Shown: positions 26,923 to 39,780, numbered from the whole stretch's first letter. The stretch: 63,965 nucleotides of DNA, filler included, from Choristocarpus tenellus KU-1152 (GCA_964200185.2; 16 parts of 16 records of this genome joined end to end with filler, not necessarily neighbours in it); one strand, 5' to 3'. Program-made: numbers and translations. Notes: generated from the letters alone by a model not told the origin.

Positions 26923-27563
26923 CTGTGAATGAGTAGTGTGTGTATGTGTGCGTGTGCTGGTCAAATGGTTATGAGAGCAAAGAGGGCAAAAAGGAGCGGT
27001 CCAGAAAAATTCTCGAGTTCACAGACAAGCGTTTCAAGAGCTAATCAAGAAACAGGAACATCCAAGCAATTAGGATCAATCAGGGACACACTAACGATCA
27101 ACAGCTCATTCTATCGATATATTTAATCTATTTGTCAGTGTGTACCAGAGTACCAAAAAGGTACCCGTGGTCCATCCCCAGGTACAACCAGGTATCACTA
27201 CGTACCACAACATGTGGTTCCAATACACAAGAAGTCCCATTACAGTACCAGGCCACTGCCCGTAACCATTAACCCATCAACACTTCAAATAAATCTCAAC
27301 ATATTATTACCTATATTATTACCTAAATGCACTCAGAGAAAAAAAAAGAAGGCACAGGCAAACTCAGGGTACCAATATGAAAAGAAACAAACGAGACGAA
27401 GTGATGGAGATACGCCTCCGCACAGAAACGGCATTGGACCATAAAGACAAGCGCTTAGCTTATTCTCTACCAGAAGTCCTCTCCACCACAATACTCTCTC
27501 CCCACCTAGTTCGTTTCAACTCCACAACAGTCTTTGATCCCCTCGACAAACCCTCCCTGAACC

Positions 27564-27601
<38 letters not shown>

Positions 27602-28124
27602 NNNNNNNNNNNNNNNNNNNNNNNNNNNNNNNNNNNNNNNNNNNNTTAATTAATTAANNNNNNNNNNNNNNNNNNNNNNNNNNNNNNNNNNNNNNNNNNN
27701 NCCCCCTAAGGGCACAAGCCTTGACATCAGCCAAAAAAAACCCCGGTGCCCCCCCCCCCCACCCCCCACACAATAGGTAAACCATGACAATAGAATCACA
27801 TTGTTGTGTGCACAACCAGGTCAGCAGGGGTTTTCATGTTCTTCTTTTCATGCCTTCAAGCAGTGTGTGGTGTAGCAGTAAAGAGGCAAAGGCAACGATC
27901 TTGCCAGCTATAAAACCGACCAAATCATGCCACGTAAAGGAAATCGCAGGCTGCGAAAGAGAACTAGCCCTAACCTTAACCTCACCCGAACAAAAACATT
28001 CTTACTTACAACAGAGGTAGAACAAAACACCTTCAACCTGTAAGTTAGAACCACGCTACTCTTCTTCTGCCCTCCCCCCACCATGCGCCCATGAGCAGAG
28101 TAAAAAGAATAAGTCACAAGGCAC

Positions 28125-30312
28125 CTGCAATGCATGTAGATATGCAGTGTGACCCTTGCATGTTCGTAGTGGCACCTCTGACATAGACTCCAGATCCCAT
28201 TCGTATGCATTGGAGTCACCAGAAGCACACAACACCAACCCTGGCAACACCTTTTACCACGGGAAGTGACACGATGAGGATCTTTAAATCACTGTAAACT
28301 ATGAGTTCACTTGTTGTTGAAGTCAATGAAGGTGTGTGACTGCATTCTCAGCACAGTGCGGAGGTCCCTCTGAAAAAAGTCGCCAAACTAATCTGTCCGT
28401 GAATTGGCCTATACCCACTTGTGTCACCATGTAGTCCACGACTAGGCAAAGACAAAACTCTTGTTCCAACTGCAGTCAAGGCTCTGCTGTCTATGATTGT
28501 AACGCATGATTGTCATCAGCATCCACAGAGGTATCGGTTCAATCTTACTCACCAATTAGTATCAAGAACTGGGCATGGAGGGGCTTCTATGCATGGCCAA
28601 GGTTGACTTCTAACACATTCAGCATTCGCCACATTCATGAAGCATCTCGCATGATTTGATCCCCTCAACCTTTTTCTCTTGACAGGATTAACCAGAAAAA
28701 TCCAAGGGTGTCTTGCAAGAGAACAGTTGTCCCTACTGCACCGCGTAGTCCTGTCTACACTAAACAGACAGGCTACTCTCAACCCATAAAACAGAATGCA
28801 CCCGCAATTACTCGATACACTGCTTCCCGATCAAGTACCCCGCCCACAGTTGTCAGAATATATATACAAAGAAAAAGAACCGGAGTTCATATCCAGTCCA
28901 CCAAACTGCTCTCTCACATGGCAAGAATTGTCGAGTAGTCGAGGTGTGCAAGCCAAAAGACTGTTGAGAAATGGAAGGCAACACGAAGCACAGCCAACAG
29001 GAAAAGCACAAGCAAGATGTGTACCTTACAAACAAATCATAGAAGAAAAACACCCACCGGACTAGCACTGATATCATTGATCTCAGCCCATGGAAGGCAA
29101 CCTCCCCTTCCCGTCAATGTTTGCGGACAGTGTATTTGAACAGGAGGCGGTTTACTGGGAGCGTATCCGCCTTCCAAGGCCTTGAGGATATCTCTCCACG
29201 GCCAGCCAAACAGGGAGTTATCTCCACCACTGCACATAAGCGTCAGAGCAACAGTAGTTGGACATTGACGGGTTCTTTTGCATGTACTGTGTAGCAAAGT
29301 AGTATGTTGCTGTCTCTGTGAACTTCAACATTGTCCAATCTTCACAATTGGACTTTTAGCATGGATTATTAAACATTGGCCACGTTCAACTTCAAAGAGA
29401 AGACAGGTATTGGGTTTTCAGGTGTTGGATATTGCCCCCCTCAACAGCTGTAAATTTTAAACACCAAGCAAGTGCATATATTGATTACTATCAGGGGCCT
29501 CAAGGCAGAGTAAAAGGAGAAAAAGAGTCCCCAGAAATCCAGCATCACAGTACAGGACAGGGAAAACCACCATATCCAGCTGTTGGGAGAACATGAATTA
29601 CATTGCAGTTGTCTCATCCACACGATGCAACTCCCACACAACAGGTCAGCTCACCAGAGGAGAACAGCCTTTGATCCACTGCCCGAAAACTCGAGGGAAT
29701 TGATACAGGATGCTGCAGCCATGAAGGACATATTCGGTGAGACGTCAGCTTCCCTTGTGTGCGGGGAAAGAGTGAAAGTGAAGAAGTGTGGTGTGTGCGC
29801 AGGATAGTGCTCATAGGATGATGCATTCAGCAAATGTGCACCTTTTTTAGTAGATAAGGAACTTTGTGGGCATGTAGAGGCCCACATCATCTATCTCTAT
29901 TCGCAAAATGCGGCACCCGAGGGGAAACAACGCATCATCCCAGCCCAATCTACCCAAGACAAGGCACAACACACATTGGTGACCAAGAAAATACTGCAAG
30001 CATGGCAAGTTTATAGTGGTATGCCCATCTGATCAAATGGTGGAATATTGCAATCGGTAAAATACTAGTTGCTGCTCTACATCCATCAACATTTGGCAAT
30101 ACATCTAGCTGCAGCAAAGCCACAACACTACTCACCAGCCATCATGACCCGAGAAGAACGACTCTGCCATGAGTGGTGCAATCTCCCATATTGCCAGTCG
30201 TCCAGAGTCACTCGAACACACAAGGTAGCCTCCACAGGGTGAGAATATTGCGGCAGTCACAATTACCCCAGCTAATTGTCGTTCTCTCTCAATTCCTTTC
30301 GCATATGTATCT
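28125..30312 (-). CDS. THOC6: THO complex subunit 6-like WD40 protein, partial
   Basis: Exons 30312-30136, 29753-29655 and 29229-29058 join in phase: ...AAIFSPCGGYLVCSSDSGRLAIWEI...INSLEFSGSGSKAVLLCGGDNSLFGWPW...PQ...GGCLPWAEINDI. Exon 28240-28125 encodes CASGDSNAYEWDLE...KGHTAYLH. Confidence 0.75.
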
Positions 30313-31647
30313 CTGCGAGTTTATGAAGGTGTTATGGATTCAGCTACCAGGGTGGGGATGGGAATTTGGTTGATTTGGTACTATCGGGGGGAGGGTTGTC
30401 CTACTTGACTTCAACAAGCAACATTCAGTATCTTTAGAGGCATTCTCCGNNNNNNNNNNNNNNNNNNNNNNNNNNNNNNNNNNNNNNNNNNNNTTAATTA
30501 ATTAANNNNNNNNNNNNNNNNNNNNNNNNNNNNNNNNNNNNNNNNNNNNACCCCCCCCCCCAGATACTTTGGCTAGGTAGCCGTGCGACTTGTCAACAGA
30601 GATTCTCTCGCGAGCCCACAACGTTGCTGGTGCAATATTTCTTGCGTGCTGAGCACCATGTACATTTGAAACTCATATTGTCATATCTTGTCCTGCCAAG
30701 ATATTTTATCTTGCACCTTTGGATGGCCTATTACATTGAGATGGTCCGACTACTGATACATTTCGAGCTAGTACCCACTTCTTGCATTACACTAATAAAA
30801 TATTTCCTTGCAAAAGGGATATAATTCTATCCTCCTACCACCGCCAAGTCACTGTTTGCGGTTCTTACCACAGAGTAACAAGCAATACCAGCGCCTGGAG
30901 AACAACGCTCAGAATAATCTCGTTTCCTTCAAGTCAAACACAAAATGGACCCTCTACCCCTCCTCTGCCTGTCTAACGCATGTCGGTCAGATTGACAGGT
31001 GGGTCTGGTGATGATGGTCTTATGCCATGGTTCGAGACTTTAACACACCACGCCTGCCTGGTAGAGTCAGCCAAGACACCATATCCAGCTATGTTCTCCG
31101 CATGCAAGAGTGGCTATAGGTGAAGTCTGCACTGTACGTGTCATGTGTCAGTTTGGGTTTGGGGCAGTGAGGAGGGTTCACGTAGCAAGAGAGGGACAAC
31201 AAACACAAATGTTACGCTGATTGTACTGCATCGTCAAGGCTCTTATAGGTATCAATCTGTTGACGCAAAATGATTGATTCTCCTTATACACCTGAACAAG
31301 AGTTTGGTTTCTGGGTATGACCTTTTGCTGCTCTTGGTTGTGTAGCCAGGGGCTTGCACAAGGGTCTGTGCTCATGGCACAGGAAATGTCCAAGCTGCAT
31401 AGTGACAGCAAAGAGAAGAAAGGCACCTTGGAGAACCTGGTTGAAGATATTCATGTCAGTTCCAGCACTTGCCAACTACAAGAGGGAGTCACGAAAAGGT
31501 GCAGCAATGCAACTTGTCGATCAAATCACCTTAGAAGTAGTCCCAGAAAGTGCTTTGCCATCATATCTTAGAGGTGAGGGGATCTGTTCGACGCTTTTGA
31601 GTACTGCATACTCTTATAGCTTCCACCTGACATCCCACTTCCCATGC

Positions 31648-31908
31648 TAGTTAAAATATCTTAGAGGGTAGAGCTGTGTCCATTTGGGGGCCAAAATCCA
31701 ATGAGGCGATTTTGATGAAATTTTGGTAATTGTTTTTGTTAGGAAGCCCCAATATCCTTGTTCCGATCATACAGTTTCGTAATGTATACATTTTACCTAC
31801 TCCCAAACATTTCGGTGTATGAAAATGTCGTAAAAAAAAAGCCATGGGGAGCCAAGCCCCAAATAGACAAACGGGGCAAGATTCGCACCCTCTAAGATAC
31901 TTTCACTC
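31648..31908 (+). mobile_element. MITE family A, TSD TGC
   Basis: Family A interior and TIRs; TGC on both sides. Confidence 0.9.
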
Positions 31909-31919
31909 TGCCAAAAATG

Positions 31920-33394
31920 CAACTTCCCTCACTTTGGCGGCTGTGACCGTAGAAGAGGAGACAAATATATTCCTAAATAAGGGTATAGCTGCCCTCCAGA
32001 GTACCAGAAGCATATGGTTCAGTTTGCAGTCACAGGGGTCCCAAATACTCGGTGCCACTCCCCTCTTTGATAAAATGATTCGACTACCTGAACACTGGAT
32101 TTATAACATGGATAAGTCCTTGAAAGTTTAACAACAACCATAGCACCTAAGAATTTTCCGATTTCTTGCCAATAGAACTTCACAAGCCTTCTTTCCTATC
32201 CAAAGCACATTGGCTGAGAGGATGATCTCAGGTGAAGAGGGTTTATGTAGTACTTTGTGATATGGGGAATGGAATCCGAGGTGTGATGACCAGCCAGCGA
32301 AGAAATAAACCAAGAATATTATGCACAATACAAAATATCAATTCACTTTGAAGTATTTTGTTACCGGGGTAGATCGAACAGGAGCATTTGATCTCCCGTA
32401 TGATTGTTTTTTTCTGGCTACTCTATTCCCGTTGTATGCAATAAAAGAGTAAGTTCACCTTAACAACCAATATCCCAAGAGCATATCCAATCCCCCCACG
32501 TGTGTAATGTTGACAAGGGGTAGTGAAGGAATCTCCTTGTTCTGTTTCTTGTCCCCAGAGCATCCTAAGGGGGACATGCCCCATGTATCCGTGAAGGTAT
32601 ACCCTAGAAAGACATGCAGTACACTGTTTCGCGAGGTTATAGGCATCTACATACTTTGTCTAAGTTGCATCACGTCGTATGTGCATATACCTTTTGGGGG
32701 TAAGCAATCACTTTGTATCCAATATCAATCCTCATTGTCCGAGATTGAGTGAGCCCATCATTCCCACCCTTTCTGCTTCAAGGTATCCTTTCCTATTTTG
32801 ACCAACGTTTATCCAAACACTGATCCTTCTGGTGCTCAATAGACTGGATGAAATCGGGTTCATTGTTGAGAAAGATTGTGGATCAGGTGCAGAAGGCATT
32901 GAGCACTTGCAATGGGGCAACAATGAGGAATGGGGAACCATGAAGGGTATCGAGAAATGGATGAGGAGCCTTGCTGGAGAGGAGGTTAAGTATGTAGATA
33001 CTTCAGAAGTAGCCCGTGAGCGTGTTCAAGCACAGCGACTGCGGAGGGGGTCTGATGTCCAGAGAGGACCAGCATGCAACATTTGCAGTGGTTAGGTTTC
33101 TTCCTGTATGTATCGCATGAATACTAGGGAGTACTACCAATTCTAGATCTAGAAGTCATCCTCCAATGTGATTTATAGACAAAGGAAACGACAAATGAGC
33201 TCGGGGAGAATTTTCAATTATGCTTGAATATCTGTTGCCTAGCGCTACCTTGTTCAGGATATGCTTCAGGGTGGCATTGAAATGAATATGTGCATCTGGG
33301 GGTACTCTATAATCTATTTCTTCCAGGAATGTAAGAGGGTATGAATCGGACAATCCTGCCGAAGTGTGTCTGATCAGATCAGTCGCATCGAAGA
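31920..33394 (-). mobile_element. Possible degenerate Copia gag-protease region
   Basis: AGLSDSY (gag-like), CKCCMLVLSGHQ (knuckle-like) and SDSIPHIT (DSG.S.H.T-like) occur in the expected order. Confidence 0.3.
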
Positions 33395-34223
33395 GACTCA
33401 AAGTATCTGAGTGGGGGGGGGGGGGGTCTTTCAGCCCCGGGTGCCCATTTGGGNNNNNNNNNNNNNNNNNNNNNNNNNNNNNNNNNNNNNNNNNNNNTTA
33501 ATTAATTAANNNNNNNNNNNNNNNNNNNNNNNNNNNNNNNNNNNNNNNNNNNNCTAGTCCCCGTTTCCTGAGTGGTATCCAAACGAGGTTACGATATGAG
33601 TTGGTGGGTTTGTTTCCCTTTGACATGAGTGATCGATCTTCATGGTGCAACCATAGATAATTCTGCCTCTTTGTTCGGGGGAAGGGGCTTGCACAATATT
33701 TGGTCACGAAGGGTTCCACGGAGTATGGCCATGTTGGATGACACCCCACGTTGAAAGCATGGAGAAGGGTGTGTTTGATACATCAAGAACCGAAACCACC
33801 CCGATTAGAATATCCGGAAAAGGCGTGCATCGCGTAGGCGGTCAATCGCGAGCCACGTCAAAAAGGTTATGAATACATACCATGAAGCATGTAGGACGAA
33901 GTGAATTGGGGTAGTTTATCGAATGGTAGAGTATGTGTTTTGATCTGATTTTTTGGGGGGAAACAGTTGACAAATGCGTGGTGGGTGTCGCCCCAGACAA
34001 TATTGGCGTATGTATGTACTACAATTGTCATGTTCTGTCAAACGGTAAACTATTGTGTAGGATGGGTTTTGTGGTGGAAGGGATACTGAACGTTTCATGT
34101 GATGTCGGTCAATACATATCCCCAAATGCACATACCATTGTATGCACCTCTTTCTCTATAGGGGTCATGAGATTGCGATTGAGTTTTGTGGAAAGTCAAG
34201 GACGATGGTTTGGAGACGTATTA

Positions 34224-34570
34224 CTTCAAAGAGGTTGGTATATCGACAGCCGCAACTTTTGCCCTACTTTGTCGTACGGTAAAGTATGGAAAAAATGACA
34301 TGAGGCTTGTGGCTTCAAAAAGGTTGGTATATAGACCGCCACAACGTTCGCCATACTTTGTTGTAGGACAAAGTACGGCAAAATGACATGATGCATGTGG
34401 CTTCAAATAATTGGTATGTGGACAGCCGCAACTTTTGCCATAATTTGTTGTACGGTAAAGCATGGCAAAAAGACATGAGGCATGTGGCTTGGAATAAGTT
34501 GGTATATGGACCGCCGCAACGTTTGCCATTCTTTGTCGTACAATAAAGTATGGCAAAAATGACATGAGGC
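34224..34570. repeat. Minisatellite, about 4 units of 87-89 bp
   Basis: Units start at 34224, 34313, 34401 and 34488 (CTTCAAA..GTTGGTAT...CAAC.TT.GCC...GACATGAGGC). Confidence 0.93.
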
Positions 34571-35083
34571 GAGCAGATGAAGGAAGAGCGAAACATGACT
34601 TGGCATAATTTCATTATTGTGTAAGGGTGAGGGACGGTGTTAGGGTTGAGGCACAGGGTTAGGGTTGGGACAGGTGCTAGGGTTGGGATCGGAAACAGAA
34701 ACTGGAAGGAACATCGTTTAGTTCTGATACATATCGGAATGCGGGTATCAGAGGACACGAACTTCGTCGTTAGGTTTCATTCTACTCTTGATGGGAGGAC
34801 ATGTGCGTCACCGGTTTGGAACTACGGTGGAACTGGTGAACATCACGTCTCTCTGATTTCAATGCAAATGTGTGATTTCGGAAGGATATGGTTGACCATG
34901 TGCTCCGCTATGCCTAGTCTTCAAGCGCTAATCCCTCCTTCAGATAATTACAGAATGCACAGGCTGCATTGGAGTGTGTCTTGCTGCGACGGAGGCCTGG
35001 CCTTGCCTTTGGGATGTCCTGGGATCTACCCCTCCGGAGTCCATGAGTTCATTCCCGTTGTTTGCGATATCCCCTAGTGGCTG

Positions 35084-35206
35084 ACGGGTCGTCATTGTAC
35101 ATCTGCGGTGCAATGGGTGTGATCCTCTCGAAGAACTGCGACAACGGGTTGTCATTGTACATCTGTGGTGCAATGAGTGTGGTCCTCTCGAAGAACTGCG
35201 ACAACG
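35084..35206. repeat. Tandem duplication, 2 x 60 bp
   Basis: ACGGGT(C/T)GTCATTGTACATCTG...CCTCTCGAAGAACTGCGACAACG occurs twice. Confidence 0.92.
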
Positions 35207-36668
35207 ATTCCTCTATATTGTCCAGGCCCTTTGGTTTGTTGTCGAGAGAGTGAGGGAGAGTGGGGTTTGTCGCATATGTGGTTTGGCGAAAGTTTTTTTG
35301 TTATGCACTATAATATAACTACAAAACTGCAAATATATGAAAAAAAAATGCGAACTCAAAGTTTTGACCATCTCCCACTAATGAAGAAATAGCAAATGCG
35401 GAGTTAGATATATATATATACATTATTATGTCTGTATTTGTTCTAGTTCAACGTCGTCATAGAGATACATAGAAATATCAATACATCTTTGACGAGAGCA
35501 AAATTCCCCTTATTAAATCTCTTTTTTTATTGCCGAGTAAAAGGAACACCCCAACTAGCCTGTTCATAACCAAAATATATACTGCTATTTAATAGGGGTA
35601 CAACATTCCATAAAGGCGGTTCTTCTTTTATTGATTATATTGTGCAGTTGTACAACCGAAAAAAGATTAGCTTGAAAGGACCATATTTTCTTGGTCAAGA
35701 GAGGATAGGTGTGTATCCCTTCCATGAGAATCGGGCTCGTCTGTGGCTATCCCTGTGCGCTGTACGTGACGCTAAATACCGGGCATATCGGAATGTAAAA
35801 ATTCGACAAGACTCCCACTTCGTGCAAGGTGATCAGGTGCATACGGCTGGAGGATGATGTGAACCGACCGCATCATGCCATCCTCTCTGGGACTGACTCG
35901 ATGCACAAAACATTTTCTCTTTCTCCTTCTGTTTGTTTCTCCTGTCCCATTTCCAACGTGCCCACCTGATGCAGACACCCCACAATCAAGTGAGAGGCTT
36001 AGTCCAACCACCAAACGCCGCCATGCCTCCAAAGGGAACCAGAAGGTGAGTCCCCATACAAGAAACGTTCACCCTTCGTGCAGCCTACACTGAAGCGTCC
36101 CTGAATGACCAATATCGCAAACACATCATCAAGATTTAGCGCCTTAGGCGGATGTTGCGGCTTTCATCCGCTCACGTAGCATGTATTATTAGCATGTGGC
36201 TGACATGATGGTGTGCCCAAGTGGTTGTATGACCCCCTAGTCACGGCCTATAACCCAAATATTGTCGCATAGTGTGCCGTACTGAACCCGCCCATCCGGG
36301 GTCGAACCTTCCTCATCTACCGGCCGTTTGCGATGTGTTAACGTATCCCGCCAATTCCTATGTACGCATTCCTCTCGATATCAAGTTCCAACATGTCTTG
36401 TATTCGGCCTTTGTGAAAGGTCGAACATGCCCCTCCCATTAGTAATAATCTTGTTATTGCTTTCTTAGTGCATAGCCCAAATCCGGGTTAGGTCTATATG
36501 GTGCTGCTGTTCACCGCACCACATCGATTCACACGAGATACGCTGTACAAACAGACAAGACACAGGCAGGGTCCTAATTGCATTCCCTCGCATTTCAATA
36601 CAGTGCAAAGCGGTAGAGATTGAGACCTCAACGCGTCATGTACGAAGGTCTTCAGGACTACAACCATA

Positions 36669-36916
36669 TAGCGAAAGTATCTTAGAGGGTACGAGTTTTT
36701 CCCTGTTTATCCATTTGGGGCTTGGCTTCCCATGCTTATTTTTATGACATTTTTCTACTTCAAAATGTTTCGGAGTNNNNNNNNNNAAAAGGTGTGACCG
36801 GAACAAGGATATTGACACTTCCTAGCAAACACGATAGCCAAAATAACATCAAAATTGCAACATTGGATTTTGACCTCCAAATGGACATGGCTCTACCCTC
36901 TAAGATACTTTGGCTC
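36669..36916 (-). mobile_element. MITE family A, TSD ATA
   Basis: Reverse-orientation copy containing the 10-N gap. Confidence 0.92.
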
Positions 36917-37887
36917 ATACCATTTTCGTCCACCTCTGCTGTGTTACCACCTGTGTCAAGTATTTTGTCGGAAGCTCCAGATAGAATACCGTGTGAAAGT
37001 ACTCTCGCGTCAAAATTGGCGTAAACCCTACGCATGCTGGTCTGTCTATTCCGCAATATAGTCCACGGCTCTGTCGACAATGGCGAATTTTTGTTTGGTG
37101 TATACTAAGAGGCCTCCACGTCATGGCGCTTTGAAATCCAGGGAGGAAATGCTCACCAGGATTAGCGACGCGTGCAGTGTTGAAGAGCTTCCACCGTATC
37201 TACCCCTCATAGCGTTTTTCTGGGTCGTGAACGCAACCACACGGCTCAACACATGTTTACGTATTCATTTGTATTCGGAGCTTGTACCAAGCAGCTGTCA
37301 GCAGTGGTAACACGAACATTTTCAAACTCAATGCCCCGAATTTGTTACCTGTACAATCGTGTACACACCGGCTGTAAGCTGTGATAATACCAACTTTTTC
37401 AATTTCAATGCCCTGTATTTATTGTGCAATATAGGCTAGGCAGTCTATAGGGAGTTATATATTTAGTGAACATTGGAATATAACAGAAGTATTGACTGAG
37501 TAGAGTAAGGGTCAAGGATTTGTTTTGGTGTGCTTTGGGTTGTAGGTTGGAGTGTCCATGGGTTGATTTCTTATTTTGTTCAATATAAGTGGCTGACGTA
37601 GTGTGACTGACACAGACACATTTTGACGTGTCTGATGACGTGCGCAATAGATAATAATATAAGNNNNNNNNNNNNNNNNNNNNNNNNNNNNNNNNNNNNN
37701 NNNNNNNTTAATTAATTAANNNNNNNNNNNNNNNNNNNNNNNNNNNNNNNNNNNNNNNNNNNNGTAGAAACTTCATTGGTAGAAAGCTCCAGCGCATCAT
37801 TGTTGGCGGGCTGATGAGGTGGCAACGCTGGGAGCGGCGCAGGTGACAAAAGCCACCCCCTTGGTGTGGGAGCAACTGTCATGGTGT

Positions 37888-38205
37888 TTTCAGGCAACAG
37901 GCGGTCTTGGGCAGTGAGAAGGTCTAGGAGTGAATCGAATTCGAAGCCAGGCGTACGATGTTTGAGTTTGAAGAGACCCATCGGACCAAAATGAAATCCG
38001 TGCTCTGGAAAACACGTTTATTCTCGCTGTGATGAAATAAAAACTAGATTCTATTCTGGTTTCAGGCAACAGGCGGTCTTGGGCATGATTGAATTGAATT
38101 CGAAGCTGGGCGTACGATGTTTGAGTTTCAAGGGATCTGTCGGATCAGCCTGAAATCCATGTTCTGTATTCTCGTTGTGATGAAATAAAAATTAGATTAT
38201 ATTCT
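37888..38205. repeat. Diverged tandem duplication (about 170 + 150 bp)
   Basis: TTTCAGGCAACAGGCGGTCTTGGGCA...GAATTCGAAGC..GGCGTACGATGTTTGAGTTT...GTGATGAAATAAAAA occurs twice. Confidence 0.88.
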
Positions 38206-38518
38206 TAATTTCAACACATAAAAAAATAAACCACATACTTAATTGATCTAATACGTTTGAAATGTCCCGAAACGAAAAGGTCACAAAAAACTGATACTCT
38301 ATTTTTTTAAATATGAAATCGTATACTGTTCGATATTCATATTTTTTGGAACACAATTATCAACGGAGAGAGAAATCTGAGTTCCTTGGGTACTGACGGA
38401 CCAGATGAAATAAAGCAGCACCTCCCAGCCCTCACTCCTCATTTCCATTCCTTCCCCTCCGCACATACCACCAGCAGCTCTTTCTTATCTATCCCCGTCA
38501 CACCTTCCCAATTACGCC

Positions 38519-39172
38519 ATGTCCAACATTCGCTCAACAACGACCCCCTTGCGCACCAATGGCGTTGCCCATGGATCGAGAGCGTTGGATAGCAATGCCA
38601 AGGGCATGTCCTCGCTCCTCGAACAGCACTACCTCGGCATGTACAAGATGAAACTCGGCAACATCACGTGCACGGAGATGGTGCATCCCCTGAAAGAGTG
38701 TGGCCTTGCGCACATCAACAAGTCTATCCGTGAAAAGGGCTGGCTTGAGCAGTTTGCTCTGTCCATCGTCATCCAACGAGACTGCTTAGGCAACGGGGAC
38801 CAGCTCACTGCCGACACCGCGCTTGCCGTTCAAGGACGCACACTGGATGGAGACCATAGAATAATGGTGTTGAAGAGAGACTTTGATCACGAACGCGCTT
38901 TCAATTCAAGCAAGCAAGCCAACGCAGGGCATACATGTACACGACGATCAAACGAAATCGTTGCCGTCCCCCACACACTGTCCTACTACCACCTTCGTCG
39001 GGATGGATTTCCATTCGTAGTGGGGCCTTCCAAAAGTGCCGCAACATTAAATAACCCCAACATATGTGCACTTTCCGCACACCAATCCGCGTCTCGCTCA
39101 TCCTCAATGAAAAGCTCCATCCTCAATTTTGATGATCGACTGTTTTTACCGCTTTTTTTTCTGAGAAAATAA
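38519..39172 (+). CDS. Putative ParB/sulfiredoxin-like N-terminal domain protein; C-terminal part probably spurious or degenerate
   Basis: aa 40-122 read YKMKLGNITCTEMVHPLKECGLAHINKSIREKGWLEQFALSIVI...TLDGDHRIMVLK, fitting the ParB/Srx pattern (SI...G.L...V, then DGxHR). GC- and CpG-rich. The last third runs into a dispersed repeat. Confidence 0.5.
   Translation: MSNIRSTTTPLRTNGVAHGSRALDSNAKGMSSLLEQHYLGMYKMKLGNITCTEMVHPLKECGLAHINKSIREKGWLEQFALSIVIQRDCLGNGDQLTADTALAVQGRTLDGDHRIMVLKRDFDHERAFNSSKQANAGHTCTRRSNEIVAVPHTLSYYHLRRDGFPFVVGPSKSAATLNNPNICALSAHQSASRSSSMKSSILNFDDRLFLPLFFLRK
39010..39145 (+). repeat. Dispersed repeat, related copy at about 58156-58292
   Basis: CCATTC....GGGGCC....AAAAGTGCC.CAACATT...CTCCATCCTCAATTTT is shared. 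Confidence 0.75.
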
Positions 39173-39379
39173 ACGTATACTCATTTGTCTATTGAGTTAT
39201 TTGGAGGGGCAAGGAGATTATTGTTAGAGCTGCCTGGAAGGAAATGCCGGGGTGGAATTGGGTGGTGACTATTTCGTGCCATGCAAAACGAGGGGGATGT
39301 GATTCCTGCCAGATGAGAGCGTTATTATTATTGTATTATTGAACGATACAGGACTCTGTCTTGGGGTGTGCGGAGTATT

Positions 39380-39780
39380 TCAAAGCACTCCCAACACCTT
39401 ACCTTGATGGTATATGTAGCTCCAATCTACAAACCTGTTAGGCTGATGATGGTGTTGCTTGAAGATAGCGCATGTGATCTGTCAAAAGTCTGTAAACCAG
39501 GAAGATGAGTGGTTGACATACCGTTAACATGGTTACATGTAGGAGTTCTTTCAAGCTTGATGTTTGACTGTATCAACCTGAGGAAACGGGTGTGTGTGAA
39601 ATACTCCATTTTTAATTCTGAAATGCCGTGAGTATCATAAGCCACATAAATCAGACTATTATCTGCCAAACATGCCAACTGAATACTCCAAATTATTCTG
39701 AAGGACACAGATTGTACACTTCACATCTATATATATAGAAGACGGCTTTGAATCTTCCTCTTCAGGGTTGTCCATGCGCA
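39380..39780 (-). mobile_element. Possible Copia 3' end (RNase H tail toward PPT)
   Basis: IKLERTPT...STTHL resembles I.LE..PT....AD..TK.L. The flank TGTAGATTGGAGCTA recurs near 46958, and 46970-47010 resembles 44978-45020. Confidence 0.3.

Noticed and set aside
34221-34758. ORFs with repeated peptides
   Set aside because: Translations of an 87-89-bp minisatellite whose unit lengths do not preserve frame.
36207-36318. tRNA-like sequence (GATGGTGTGCCCAAGTGG ... GGGTCGAACC ... CCTCATC)
   Set aside because: An acceptor-like pairing exists, but the D and T stems pair poorly and there is no clear anticodon arm. At most a decayed SINE head; tRNAscan-SE would settle it.
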